From IMG/VR virus record IMGVR_UViG_3300048503_000021, positions 1 through 64,000 of that record: a DNA stretch of 64,000 nt; one strand, given 5' to 3'. Positions within the stretch are counted from its first letter, which is position 1, and each line of letters starts with the position of its first letter. The notes beneath the pieces were generated by a model that was not told where the DNA came from, did not search any database, and saw nothing but the letters and a program-made list of their open reading frames with translations. Both the position numbers and the translations under genes were made by a program. Shown in pieces: positions 1-8,514 of this stretch. This DNA is from a virus (Duplodnaviria > Caudoviricetes).

Positions 1-26
1 AAGCAGTGGTATCAACGCAGAGTACT
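1..26 (+). other. Library adapter (SMART / PacBio ultra-low-input amplification adapter); not biological
   Basis: Exact AAGCAGTGGTATCAACGCAGAGTACT at position 1. Confidence 0.95.
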
Positions 27-315
27 GTAACGCGCGCTCTCCCCGCCACGAACCGCAGCACCTCAAAGGTGGCATGGTGGCCCCATTGTGGCGGTACCGG
101 GCGGATGCACCACACTTCAGCGGCTTGTATGTTGTTGATCCTATTAGGGATCTCCCGACGCGGCGCAGGGGGTGGGGGTGGTACTCGCCGGGGTGGCTGA
201 AATTCAACTGTCCTCGATTCCGGCCACAAATAAAAAACCACAAAAAATAAAGCATTTATAATCATGCGATTGCGGAGGTTTAAGGTTGCGAAGTATCGAG
301 GTGGGGTGAATTCGC

Positions 316-344
316 TTGACAGGGAGAAGGTATAGTGGCACACT
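316..344 (+). promoter_or_regulatory. Putative sigma70 promoter
   Basis: TTGACA (316-321), 17 nt, CACACT (339-344) preceded by TG; upstream of ATG 373. Confidence 0.45.
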
Positions 345-372
345 CCCTAGTGAAGGAGAAGGTATAAGGTAT

Positions 373-777
373 ATGTCGCAAGGGAAGGTAGAAGAAGAGA
401 GGCTTGCGAGGATGTTTGGGGAGGACGATGGGGAAAGGGGAGAAGGTAAAGGGTTGAAGGTTCGGAAGAGATGGGAAGATCGGAAGCCGGTGTGGGATAG
501 GCACGGGAACCTGATGGAGTACGCGCCGAAGGCAGATGGATCACGGAAGAATGGGTACGTGCCGGTGAAGGTAATAGTGGCGCAAGGGTGGTTGGGGAGA
601 AGGTTAAAGGTTGACGAGAGGGTAGTTTTGAAGGATGGAGACGTGAAGAATTTAAGGATAGAGAACCTTGGGGTGAGGAAGTTAGGGAGCCGGGAAGTGC
701 GGTGGTTGGGAGGCGGGGTTGAAGACGGTAAGGGAGATGAGATGACGGGGCGTAAGTTTAAGGGATTACATACATAG
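373..777 (+). CDS. Degenerate HNH-like protein
   Basis: VIVAQGWLGRRL..ERVVLKDGDVKNLRIENL resembles the HNH_3 core but lacks the His residues. Confidence 0.5.
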   Translation: MSQGKVEEERLARMFGEDDGERGEGKGLKVRKRWEDRKPVWDRHGNLMEYAPKADGSRKNGYVPVKVIVAQGWLGRRLKVDERVVLKDGDVKNLRIENLGVRKLGSREVRWLGGGVEDGKGDEMTGRKFKGLHT

Positions 778-975
778 CTACCCTAGCGTAATTTTTAAGG
801 AAAGGAGGTGGACAATGGAACTAAACCAGACCGAGAAAGCCCGGATTGTCGCTTTGCAGCAGAAACCGGAAGCGCAGCGCACTGACGCGGAAAAGGCGGA
901 ACTGGCGGCATTGCTTCAGAAGCAAAGCCAATAGCGTTGGCCGTCTCGTAGCACATTGTTTTAGCTAGGGTAGCT

Positions 976-1218
976 ATGTATGTAATCCCTAAAAGGAGCT
1001 TTATGAGATACCGTGATGGGCTTCCGCCCTCCGAATACAATCTGCCACCGGGATGCTCGCAGCGAGACTGCGAAGGTTCTGGTATTTCTGATCGGGACGA
1101 CATGGACAATGACCCCAACCCCTACGATTTTGAGGAGGTGCCAACATGGGCTGACCGGCTAAAAACTGGCGCCGCAGGGACGGCGAGGCCACAAGACAAG
1201 TTGAAGGATTCGGATTAA
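976..1218 (+). CDS. Hypothetical phage protein
   Basis: ORF with YNLPPGCS.RD motif, acidic. Confidence 0.5.
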   Translation: MYVIPKRSFMRYRDGLPPSEYNLPPGCSQRDCEGSGISDRDDMDNDPNPYDFEEVPTWADRLKTGAAGTARPQDKLKDSD

Positions 1219-1377
1219 GCATGAGAACCGGGGTCTGGAGACAGGCCCCGGACAAAGGAAGGTACACCATGACCGAACTTGAATCGCGCCTGGCGGATTG
1301 CCGCCGGCGGATCGAGGGAGAGAAGCCATGACGCGCTACGTGCGAGTGCCCATCGAGGCCGAGGAAGGGGGCTCTCG

Positions 1378-1605
1378 ATGACGCGCATCGTGATTGAGAT
1401 AAATCGTGGGGAGGTGCGGCGGCGAGAGTGCGGAAGGTGCGATCAAATCATTTGGGGGCTGGATACTGCCTATTGCCGAGCATTCACTACGCGAGCATTC
1501 CGTCTCCCACGTCAACTGAGACGTGTTGGCGGAGCACCCCAGCGCTGCCCGCAGTGCCTAGCGGCAGAAGTGAAGGAGGGGGTGCCCAATGGCAGAGCAG
1601 TTTGA
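1378..1605 (+). CDS. Small Cys-rich hypothetical protein
   Basis: ATG in ATGA overlap; CxxC...C...CxxC. Confidence 0.55.
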   Translation: MTRIVIEINRGEVRRRECGRCDQIIWGLDTAYCRAFTTRAFRLPRQLRRVGGAPQRCPQCLAAEVKEGVPNGRAV

Positions 1606-1894
1606 TCTCGCCGAGTTAGAGCGGCTGCACGCGGCGGCGATGGGCTGCCCGCACTCTCTGGGCGAAGGCGCGAAGCCGGTTCACGAATTGACGAACTATC
1701 TAACGACGCATCTCCCAGCCATCCTCGCGATGGGTGCCGAGCGCGAGCGGCTGCGGGGAGAGCGGGAGAAGATGGCGAAGGCTCTGATAAAAACGTGGGG
1801 AGTCTTGGAGCCGATTTGCCCGTGGGGATCAAAAGACAAAATCATGAGCGAGCACGCCGAGGCACTCGCCATCGCACGGAGGATCGCGAAATGA
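1589..1894 (+). CDS. Hypothetical phage protein
   Basis: SD GGAGG, coupled to neighbours. Confidence 0.6.
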   Translation: MAEQFDLAELERLHAAAMGCPHSLGEGAKPVHELTNYLTTHLPAILAMGAERERLRGEREKMAKALIKTWGVLEPICPWGSKDKIMSEHAEALAIARRIAK

Positions 1895-2403
1895 CGGGAG
1901 AACTTGTATCAGCCACCCACCTAGTGATGGTGATGGCGAACGCATCAAATTGGGCCGACCTGTTCGACGATAGCGAGCGGGATGCGCTGCGCCTGGTTGT
2001 CACAGAGGTAACACACGCGCAAGCTATCATCGCCGAGAAGGACCGACAGATTGCGGAGTTGGCGGCGAAGATGGAGAAGGCAGTCGCTCTGCTCTACAAA
2101 GCATATGAGCTTGTGAACGACGGGAGTATGCAGAGTAGCCAGTGGGAAGCGTTCAAAAAGGTTTGCGCTGGGATTTCGCTGTTGAACCAACTCGATCCCG
2201 CCGTCATTCTCGCCGCCCGCGACAAGGCGCTCACGGAGCCGCTGGAGGCCCGCATTGCCGAGCTTGAGGCTCAGGTTAAGGCGTGCCACATGGAGAGAGA
2301 CAACTTGAAGGGGAATCTCACCGACCTCGCAGCCTATCGAGAGAAGGTGCGGATAGAGTTCGCTAACCAGTTACTTGACCCCGCAAGCCGGGAGGGTGCA
2401 TGA
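1891..2403 (+). CDS. Coiled-coil hypothetical phage protein
   Basis: ATGA overlap; RIAELEAQ heptads. Confidence 0.65.
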   Translation: MTGELVSATHLVMVMANASNWADLFDDSERDALRLVVTEVTHAQAIIAEKDRQIAELAAKMEKAVALLYKAYELVNDGSMQSSQWEAFKKVCAGISLLNQLDPAVILAARDKALTEPLEARIAELEAQVKACHMERDNLKGNLTDLAAYREKVRIEFANQLLDPASREGA

Positions 2404-2606
2404 GGATTCACATCAAACATTACGACTACGACTGGGCTAAGCCGGCACTCTACTATTGCTGGCGTCCTGAGTGGGATCGCCGCTTTCGCTTCGCCATGCC
2501 GTTGCTGTCCTACCAAGGGGCGTGGGAGCTTGCGTTCGACACGCTGAAACGGAGGGGCGCAGAGGTAAGCTATGAAGATTGGTACGAGGCTGCATCAGGT
2601 TGGTGA
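2400..2606 (+). CDS. Hypothetical protein
   Basis: ATGA overlap, SD GGAGG. Confidence 0.55.
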   Translation: MRIHIKHYDYDWAKPALYYCWRPEWDRRFRFAMPLLSYQGAWELAFDTLKRRGAEVSYEDWYEAASGW

Positions 2607-2639
2607 GTTGGAAGCGTTAATGTTGAAAGGGGAATTGGG

Positions 2640-2879
2640 ATGAGACAGCTTACGCTTGCTGGAGTGAACAAGGTGATCCAGAGGACTCTTGAAAAGGTGT
2701 CTGTTTTGGCTGGGCGAGATGGAGTAAACCCGCGTGACCAAGCTGTCTTTTTAGCTGGGGCGCTGTGGGGTGCAAAGCTACACGAAAACCAGTACGAGGG
2801 ATGGATGTGTTCTGGGGCATCAAAGTTCATCCGTGATGCAGTGAAGCCCATTCAGCAAGATCTGAAGAAGGTGCTATGA
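2640..2879 (+). CDS. Hypothetical protein, paralogue of 2876-3097
   Basis: RDQAVFLAG..AK / IRDAVK similarity to next ORF. Confidence 0.6.
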   Translation: MRQLTLAGVNKVIQRTLEKVSVLAGRDGVNPRDQAVFLAGALWGAKLHENQYEGWMCSGASKFIRDAVKPIQQDLKKVL

Positions 2880-3097
2880 GGATCACAGTGGCGACGATGG
2901 ACCGGGCGATCTGGGCGGCCCGCCTGGGGGTTGGATTAGATTGCTATGACCCGGCGCTACGTGATCGCGCCATCTATCTGCGGGGCCTCGCGGACGCGGC
3001 GAAGGTGCTGTGTCTTTGGGATGGATGTTCTTCCAGATCATTGCGTGACGCGATCCGCGAGACGGCGAAGAGGCTGAGAAAGGAGATCAAACCATGA
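2876..3097 (+). CDS. Hypothetical protein, paralogue of 2640-2879
   Basis: RDRAIYLRG..AK / LRDAIR; ATGA overlap. Confidence 0.6.
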   Translation: MRITVATMDRAIWAARLGVGLDCYDPALRDRAIYLRGLADAAKVLCLWDGCSSRSLRDAIRETAKRLRKEIKP

Positions 3098-3483
3098 ATA
3101 AGCAAACACTTCTTGGGGAGCGATTGCGACGTAAGGCCGGAGATCCCCGCGATGCCACCCTCCGCGAACTGGATCACTGGAAACAAGTATCCGGGTTCGA
3201 TACCCCAGAACAAATGGTGGCGGCTGTCAATGACAGGTTTGACAAAGAGCTTCCACGGGGGCTAGCGAAATCGTTGTGGCAGCTTACGCAACGAGACTGC
3301 ATTAAGTATGAGAGGATCATCCGCGAGCTGCTGGCGCTGTGTGCGAGGGAGGCGCTGAGGATTGAGGCACTGTCCCACGTAGTGCAGGATGACGACTTGC
3401 GGGTAGCAATGCACCGAGCTACGTTTGAACTCCGCGCGGCCAGCACAGACCCAGCGCTTGGAGGAGACGGCGAAAAAGGTTGA
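3094..3483 (+). CDS. Hypothetical protein (DPRDA family)
   Basis: DPRDATLREL and ELRAAS segments shared with neighbours. Confidence 0.6.
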   Translation: MNKQTLLGERLRRKAGDPRDATLRELDHWKQVSGFDTPEQMVAAVNDRFDKELPRGLAKSLWQLTQRDCIKYERIIRELLALCAREALRIEALSHVVQDDDLRVAMHRATFELRAASTDPALGGDGEKG

Positions 3484-3499
3484 GGAAGGAACTTAAGGG

Positions 3500-3856
3500 A
3501 TGAGCGAGTATCGAGAATTCAGGGATGCCGCAGACGTATTCGCGGCGTGCTGCCCTAAGGCAAAACACTTTGACGGAGATTGTGCAGCGGCGAATCGACT
3601 GTATCCAATCCTGGAGAAGATCAGGGAACGCGCCATAGCCACCGCTGACGATCCGCGTGACGCCACCATCGGCGAACTGCGGGCGCTGTGCGGGGAAGCG
3701 GCGGTGCAACTTGACGAGTACCTTGATTACGAGCGAGCGGAGCACATTTGCATCGTAATAGGCGACGTGGCCCTTGCTGCCAAGCTCCGCGCTGCCAGCG
3801 CAGCCCAGGCGCTTGAGGAGACGGCGCAGAGAATAAGGAAGGAGATCAAGGGATGA
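3500..3856 (+). CDS. Hypothetical protein (DPRDA family)
   Basis: DPRDATIGEL, KLRAAS, ETAQRIRKEIK. Confidence 0.6.
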   Translation: MSEYREFRDAADVFAACCPKAKHFDGDCAAANRLYPILEKIRERAIATADDPRDATIGELRALCGEAAVQLDEYLDYERAEHICIVIGDVALAAKLRAASAAQALEETAQRIRKEIKG

Positions 3857-4143
3857 GCAATACCAGCAAATCACAAGAGATGTCTGGGATGCCAGCCAAC
3901 ATGAAGTTTGTACCAGCGGGAAACATATTTGCGCCTAGCCCCGATCCGCGCGACGCAGAGATCGCCAAACTGCGGGAGGCGCTGACCAAGATCACGGCAG
4001 AGATCGTAAAATCTACCGACTTAGCCCTGCAAATGGTGGAGGCGAAAGCCTGGGCAACCTGCGCACTGAATCTCGCCCTGTCGATGAATAGGATTAACAG
4101 TATCGCAGTCCAGGCGCTCGCCGAGCCGGGAGGGAAGCCATGA
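3853..4143 (+). CDS. Hypothetical protein (DPRDA family)
   Basis: DPRDAEIAKLREAL; ATGA overlap. Confidence 0.6.
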   Translation: MSNTSKSQEMSGMPANMKFVPAGNIFAPSPDPRDAEIAKLREALTKITAEIVKSTDLALQMVEAKAWATCALNLALSMNRINSIAVQALAEPGGKP

Positions 4144-4301
4144 ACTCACTGCATATTGCCGCTTTTACTTGGGCGGTGGTGGCTCTAACAATGGCTATTT
4201 TCGTTAAGCCGATTCCGCCCTGGGTTTACTTCTGGTCTGCCGCTGCGATTATTGCCTACGTCGTCGCCGAAGTCGTTCGCTTGCTGAGAGAGAAGCCATG
4301 A
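4140..4301 (+). CDS. Small two-TM membrane protein (53 aa, not in ORF track)
   Basis: MNSLHIAAFTWAVVALTMAIFV..WVYFWSAAAIIAYVVAEVV; ATGA overlaps at both ends. Confidence 0.6.
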   Translation: MNSLHIAAFTWAVVALTMAIFVKPIPPWVYFWSAAAIIAYVVAEVVRLLREKP

Positions 4302-4588
4302 ACTTATTTGACCAAGGTCCGGATGGGAAGTTCATAAGCCGGAGTGAGGCGCTGAAAGCATGGTTGCCGAAGCTCTTAGATAGAGCCCTTGGCGATGAAA
4401 CCGCGCAAGCCCTGGATGTGCTGGCGGGGTATAAAGAGCGTCATGCGGCTAACGATCTGCGGGTAGCGGCCGACATGTTAGACAGACAAGATTCACACAG
4501 CGCGGACTACTGTATCAAGCGGCATACGCGCAAGCGCACCATCGCCGCCGAACTCCGCGCGACCAAGGAAAGGATCGGGAAGCTATGA
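4298..4588 (+). CDS. Hypothetical protein
   Basis: ATGA coupling. Confidence 0.6.
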   Translation: MNLFDQGPDGKFISRSEALKAWLPKLLDRALGDETAQALDVLAGYKERHAANDLRVAADMLDRQDSHSADYCIKRHTRKRTIAAELRATKERIGKL

Positions 4589-5004
4589 TTGAATCCCTGC
4601 TGATTGCCTACCTGCTGGCCCAGCCTCCAGCGACCGGGTGGCGCTTCTGTCCCGAGTCGGGCATATATCAGATAACCCCTTGCTATTCGGAAGTCCTAGC
4701 CCCTATCGTAATCGCTCAACAGCCCGACCTCGACGTCCTCCGCGCTAGGGTGGACGCGCTGGAGAAGCGGGTCAAGGAACTAGACCATAGCCTCACCTTG
4801 TGTGAATCTGCCGCTAGGCGAGAAAGTTTCGATAAGGGTTATCGGCCATTGGAGCCCTTGGATGTGAGTAGGTGTTGGAAGTTGGAAGTAGCGTGGGAAG
4901 CCTGCGACCGCGCCACGGCGCTCACGGTGCGGATCGTGCGCGACAACACCGCGCTGCTCACCGGCGGGCGGGCGATGGGGAAGAGCGAGCGGAGCCGGGC
5001 ATGA
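4585..5004 (+). CDS. Hypothetical protein with hydrophobic N-terminus and coiled coil
   Basis: MIESLLIAYLLAQ; LRARVDALEKRVKEL. Confidence 0.55.
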   Translation: MIESLLIAYLLAQPPATGWRFCPESGIYQITPCYSEVLAPIVIAQQPDLDVLRARVDALEKRVKELDHSLTLCESAARRESFDKGYRPLEPLDVSRCWKLEVAWEACDRATALTVRIVRDNTALLTGGRAMGKSERSRA

Positions 5005-5255
5005 CCGACGAAACATTCATCGCGACGATCAGCACAGCATTCCCGTCTGGGAAATATGGGGTAATATTGCCATTTTGGCGCAAGCCCGACGGCACGGTAG
5101 ACCGAGAGAGGACACTGGACAACCTAAAGTACTTCCCGTTAGCTAGCACGTTCACGCCGGAGCAACGAGCGAAGTTGCTTTCTGGGCCGCCAGAGCAACC
5201 GCCGAGCGACAAGCCGTCGAGTGAGGCGTGTAAGGAGCGCGGCAATGGGAAGTAA
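5001..5255 (+). CDS. Hypothetical protein (MTDE...ACKERG ends)
   Basis: ATGA overlap; termini shared with 6579-6803. Confidence 0.55.
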   Translation: MTDETFIATISTAFPSGKYGVILPFWRKPDGTVDRERTLDNLKYFPLASTFTPEQRAKLLSGPPEQPPSDKPSSEACKERGNGK

Positions 5256-6582
5256 CTCGAAGATTGAATGGACGAGGCACACATTTAACGCTTGGGTTGG
5301 CTGTTCCAAGGTAAGCGCGGGTTGTACCCGATGTTATGCCGAATCGCTGGCAAAGCGCACCGGATTGGCGATTTGGGGTGATTCCGGTACGCGGCATGTC
5401 ACCTCAGACGCCTATTGGCAGGAGCCATATAAATGGGCAACCGCTGCGAGCATGTTTGGCGAGAGGCATCGCGTATTCTGCAATTCGCTAGCGGATGTGT
5501 TCGAGGATCGACCGGACCTTTCCGCGCCCCGTCATCGACTCTGGCGATTGATTCTCGACACACGTCATTCGCTTGATTGGTTGCTGCTGACGAAGCGGCC
5601 CGAGAACTTCAACATGATACCGCTCTCATTGGCGGATTCAGTCTGGCTCGGCGTCTCCGTGGAGGACCAGGCGACAGCCGACGAGCGGATTCCGCTGCTG
5701 CTGAAGACACCGGCGGCGGTTCGGTTTGTGAGTTGCGAACCCTTGATTTCCCCTGTCGATGTGTCACAATATATCAGAGGTTACAAACCGTATGAAGGAA
5801 GCGGAGCGATCATTTTTAGCGCTGATGCAGATCGGTGTCTTTTCGATGGAGGCGGACGGCCAGATATGGAGACATCGCAGGCTAGTGGGGGGGAGCCACG
5901 TCGGAACACCTCCAGCGTGGAGGGACATCGCGAGAGTTCGGGCGGAAAAGTCAACGAGCAACGGATACCCCACGATCTTCTTCAACGACGGAGTGGACGG
6001 GAAGCGAAAGAAGGTGTGGGCGCACCGAATCGTTTGGATGATAGCGAACAGATCGGATATTGCGCCGGGCCTGGAAATCAACCACAAGGACGGCATACGG
6101 AAGAACACATCGCCCTCGAACCTGGAAACAGTAACCCACTCACAGAACATGATTCACGGTTGTCGGGTGCTGGGGAGGAAAGGGAAGTCCGCATCCGGCG
6201 AGACCAATCCGGCGGCCCGATTGCGGGTGAGCGATGTCTTACAAATCAGGGCGCTTGCGGGCAAGATACCGCAGTCGCAGATGGCTGCTATGTTCCACGT
6301 GAACCAGGGGACAATTTCAGCGGTCATAACGAAGAAGTCATGGGCGCATCTGGAATCTCGCTGATAATCGTCGGTTGCGAGAGCGGGCCGGGGGCGCGGC
6401 CGATGGATGAGAACTGGGTGCGCTCAATCCGCGATCAGTGCGTGGACACCGACGTGCCGTTCTTCTACAAGCAACGGCTGGAGAATGGCCACAAAGTATC
6501 GCTGCCCCTACTCGATGGTCAGCAGTGGGCACAGTTCCCGGAGGCGCCCGATGCCAAGGAGGGCGAGGAGGTAAGCGAATGA
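5245..6582 (+). CDS. DUF5131 / phage Gp37-Gp68 family protein with ~190-codon internal insertion
   Basis: SKIEWT..TFN.WVGCSKVSAGCTRCYA, LLLTKRPEN, VWLGVSVEDQ, RFVSCEPL, IIVGCESGPGARPM, VPFFYKQ. Confidence 0.9.
   Translation: MGSNSKIEWTRHTFNAWVGCSKVSAGCTRCYAESLAKRTGLAIWGDSGTRHVTSDAYWQEPYKWATAASMFGERHRVFCNSLADVFEDRPDLSAPRHRLWRLILDTRHSLDWLLLTKRPENFNMIPLSLADSVWLGVSVEDQATADERIPLLLKTPAAVRFVSCEPLISPVDVSQYIRGYKPYEGSGAIIFSADADRCLFDGGGRPDMETSQASGGEPRRNTSSVEGHRESSGGKVNEQRIPHDLLQRRSGREAKEGVGAPNRLDDSEQIGYCAGPGNQPQGRHTEEHIALEPGNSNPLTEHDSRLSGAGEEREVRIRRDQSGGPIAGERCLTNQGACGQDTAVADGCYVPREPGDNFSGHNEEVMGASGISLIIVGCESGPGARPMDENWVRSIRDQCVDTDVPFFYKQRLENGHKVSLPLLDGQQWAQFPEAPDAKEGEEVSE
5792..6364 (+). CDS. HNH homing endonuclease nested in an alternative frame inside DUF5131
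   Basis: AHRIVW...EINHKDGIRKN...NLETVTHSQN..H; C-terminal GETNPAARL...HTH-like..SWAH; GAGG upstream of ATG. Confidence 0.9.
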   Translation: MKEAERSFLALMQIGVFSMEADGQIWRHRRLVGGSHVGTPPAWRDIARVRAEKSTSNGYPTIFFNDGVDGKRKKVWAHRIVWMIANRSDIAPGLEINHKDGIRKNTSPSNLETVTHSQNMIHGCRVLGRKGKSASGETNPAARLRVSDVLQIRALAGKIPQSQMAAMFHVNQGTISAVITKKSWAHLESR

Positions 6583-6803
6583 CAGATGAATTCTCTGGGC
6601 TTGAGGAGAACTGCCGTTTAGTTCAGATCGGCGGCAACTTCGTATATGGGGAACCAGACAAGATCCTATCGATGATCTATGAGATACGGCGCTTGCGCGG
6701 CATATTGGATAATGTTCGGGTGGTTGATCGATTTCATGCTGAAGATGAATACAATCAAGAGATGAAAAGTCAAGCGTGTAAGGAGCGCGGCGATGGAAGA
6801 TAA
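6579..6803 (+). CDS. Hypothetical protein (MTDE...ACKERG ends)
   Basis: SD GGAGG, ATGA overlap. Confidence 0.55.
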   Translation: MTDEFSGLEENCRLVQIGGNFVYGEPDKILSMIYEIRRLRGILDNVRVVDRFHAEDEYNQEMKSQACKERGDGR

Positions 6804-7005
6804 CCCTGGAATTCAGGCGTGCATGAGACTGAACGCTAAACTGACAAAACGTGTGGAGTTACTGCGGGTAGCGTTGGAGCGCATACACGAAGGAGCTACC
6901 CGGCGGTTAACTGTACCGCGAGATTACAGCGCTGATTATTACGCATTCACGGCCATAGCGACTACCGCCGAAGATGCGCTTGCGGAGGCACCCGATGCCA
7001 AGTAA
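6793..7005 (+). CDS. Hypothetical protein
   Basis: SD AAGGAG; ends EAPDAK as does DUF5131. Confidence 0.55.
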   Translation: MEDNPGIQACMRLNAKLTKRVELLRVALERIHEGATRRLTVPRDYSADYYAFTAIATTAEDALAEAPDAK

Positions 7006-7198
7006 CGCCGCAGGCCCGTGGCACAAGTTCGACGCCCAGGACAAGGCGACGTGGCCGGAGGCAGGCGTCAGGTACCTGGTTTGGCTTGAATCGAATTATG
7101 CAATCACGGCCCACTTTTTTAATGGCAACGTATGGATCGGCGTAAAGGGCGTGACGCACTGGGCCGAGATCCTTCCGCCGGAATCGAGTGGCGAGTAA
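6995..7198 (+). CDS. DUF551-like small phage protein
   Basis: W..P..G.RYLVW...VTHWAEILPP. Confidence 0.6.
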   Translation: MPSNAAGPWHKFDAQDKATWPEAGVRYLVWLESNYAITAHFFNGNVWIGVKGVTHWAEILPPESSGE

Positions 7199-7476
7199 TG
7201 CCAGCACCAACACTCGGCGGCGGTTGGCGGCAGACGCTTCTCGCACTGGAGGAGGACTGGGATTCATATGGCGCTGTGTCTATAGCTGTCACTGCGCTTG
7301 AGACACTGGCGGGATTCTCCGTCGTCCCATGCTCGTCGGGCGGTATCCAGTTGGAAGTCCATCGTGACGGCTACGACATTGAGATTGAGATTGACGCAGC
7401 GGGGCGCATCGTTAGAGCGGTGGTGGGCCACGAAGCGCCGGAATCGAGCGCGACGCAGGAACGGGAGGGAAGATGA
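7198..7476 (+). CDS. Hypothetical protein
   Basis: LEEDWDSYGA...VPCSSGGIQLEVH..DIEIEI motif. Confidence 0.6.
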   Translation: MPAPTLGGGWRQTLLALEEDWDSYGAVSIAVTALETLAGFSVVPCSSGGIQLEVHRDGYDIEIEIDAAGRIVRAVVGHEAPESSATQEREGR

Positions 7477-7667
7477 AGCGTTTACCGTGGGGGCATAAGT
7501 CGCGACATTGCGTTTTCTGTGGGTTGGTGGGGCCGCGAGTACCTGTGCTGGGGGGCTATGCGCATCGGCGCTGCATTCAAGAACCGATGAAAGATTCCCC
7601 AAGGCCACCATTAAAGAGAGCCCCAAAGACCACGGGCAGCGGCTACGCGATTGCGGAGGGAAGATGA
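7473..7667 (+). CDS. Small Zn-finger-like protein
   Basis: CxxC...HxxC; ATGA overlap. Confidence 0.5.
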   Translation: MKRLPWGHKSRHCVFCGLVGPRVPVLGGYAHRRCIQEPMKDSPRPPLKRAPKTTGSGYAIAEGR

Positions 7668-7732
7668 CCCACGCGACCCTGCTCTCTGACCGGTCCGCCG
7701 TGCGCCGCGCCTACGTGGGGGTGACGGCATGA
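7664..7732 (+). CDS. Linker minigene copy 1 (MTHATLLSDRSAVRRAYVGVTA)
   Basis: ATGA overlaps at both ends; repeated family. Confidence 0.5.
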   Translation: MTHATLLSDRSAVRRAYVGVTA

Positions 7733-8007
7733 GCGACTGGAAAGTTATCACCCCCGGCCCGAAGCTCGGGCAAGCCCCAATGAAGGGCGGTCGTTTTCTC
7801 GTTGAAACGCGATCAGGTATAGAAGTTGCTCAGGTACGCTGTGAGGAACACGCTCGCCTAATTGCCGCTGCCCCAGCGTTACTGGACGCTTTAAGGCAGT
7901 ACATGGGATTTTGCGGGAATACCTGCTACTCGGTTCCCCGTGAAGTCGCCAAGATGTTGTACGACAATGCCGAAGCTGCTATTAAGGAAGCGGAGGGCGG
8001 GGTATGA
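7729..8007 (+). CDS. Hypothetical phage protein (ARLIAAAP motif family)
   Basis: TPGP...HARLIAAAPALLDAL. Confidence 0.7.
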   Translation: MSDWKVITPGPKLGQAPMKGGRFLVETRSGIEVAQVRCEEHARLIAAAPALLDALRQYMGFCGNTCYSVPREVAKMLYDNAEAAIKEAEGGV

Positions 8008-8225
8008 GAATTTATGCTTATGTGACCACTGAATCAGTCCGCGAAGGACCGGCAAAGCTACCGGGCGCAGAAGTCAACGGGAAGCCCGTCTCAAAACATG
8101 GTGATTACTGGGCCTGGACGAGAGGCAAGCGGGCTACGCTGAAGATCATTGCCGATCCGAAGTCGCTCGGCTGGCGATACCGCACCGCTCGGAGAGTTGC
8201 GGAACTGTGGGGGTGGACGCGATGA
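8004..8225 (+). CDS. Hypothetical protein
   Basis: ATGA coupling. Confidence 0.5.
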   Translation: MRIYAYVTTESVREGPAKLPGAEVNGKPVSKHGDYWAWTRGKRATLKIIADPKSLGWRYRTARRVAELWGWTR

Positions 8226-8514
8226 CGAAAGCAAATCCCATACCTAAACATCAGTGGACGCATATCGGCGACAAGGTTCTTGTCGTGCGTCAATGCGCTC
8301 ACGACGTGGGCCGCTACATTTGGTATCGGGCCTGGGTATGAGCGATGAGCGAGAAACGGATGCGTGATTCGATGGACGCGCCAGAGTTTCCCTACGACGA
8401 CGAGGGGCGCTGCCCTTACTGTGGTGCGGCCTCAGATGAGGACTGCATCCCAGAGAGCCATTGTGATGACCTTGATGATCTTGATGATGTGTAGTTGGGG
8501 GAGGAGGAGGGAAG

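Noticed and set aside
6-200. 64-aa ORF at the window start
   Set aside because: Its start lies within the adapter sequence
5792-6364. Group I intron or intein explanation for the HNH insert
   Set aside because: No non-coding flanks for a ribozyme core; the HNH is out of frame and there are no intein terminal residues. Not formally excluded without an Rfam search
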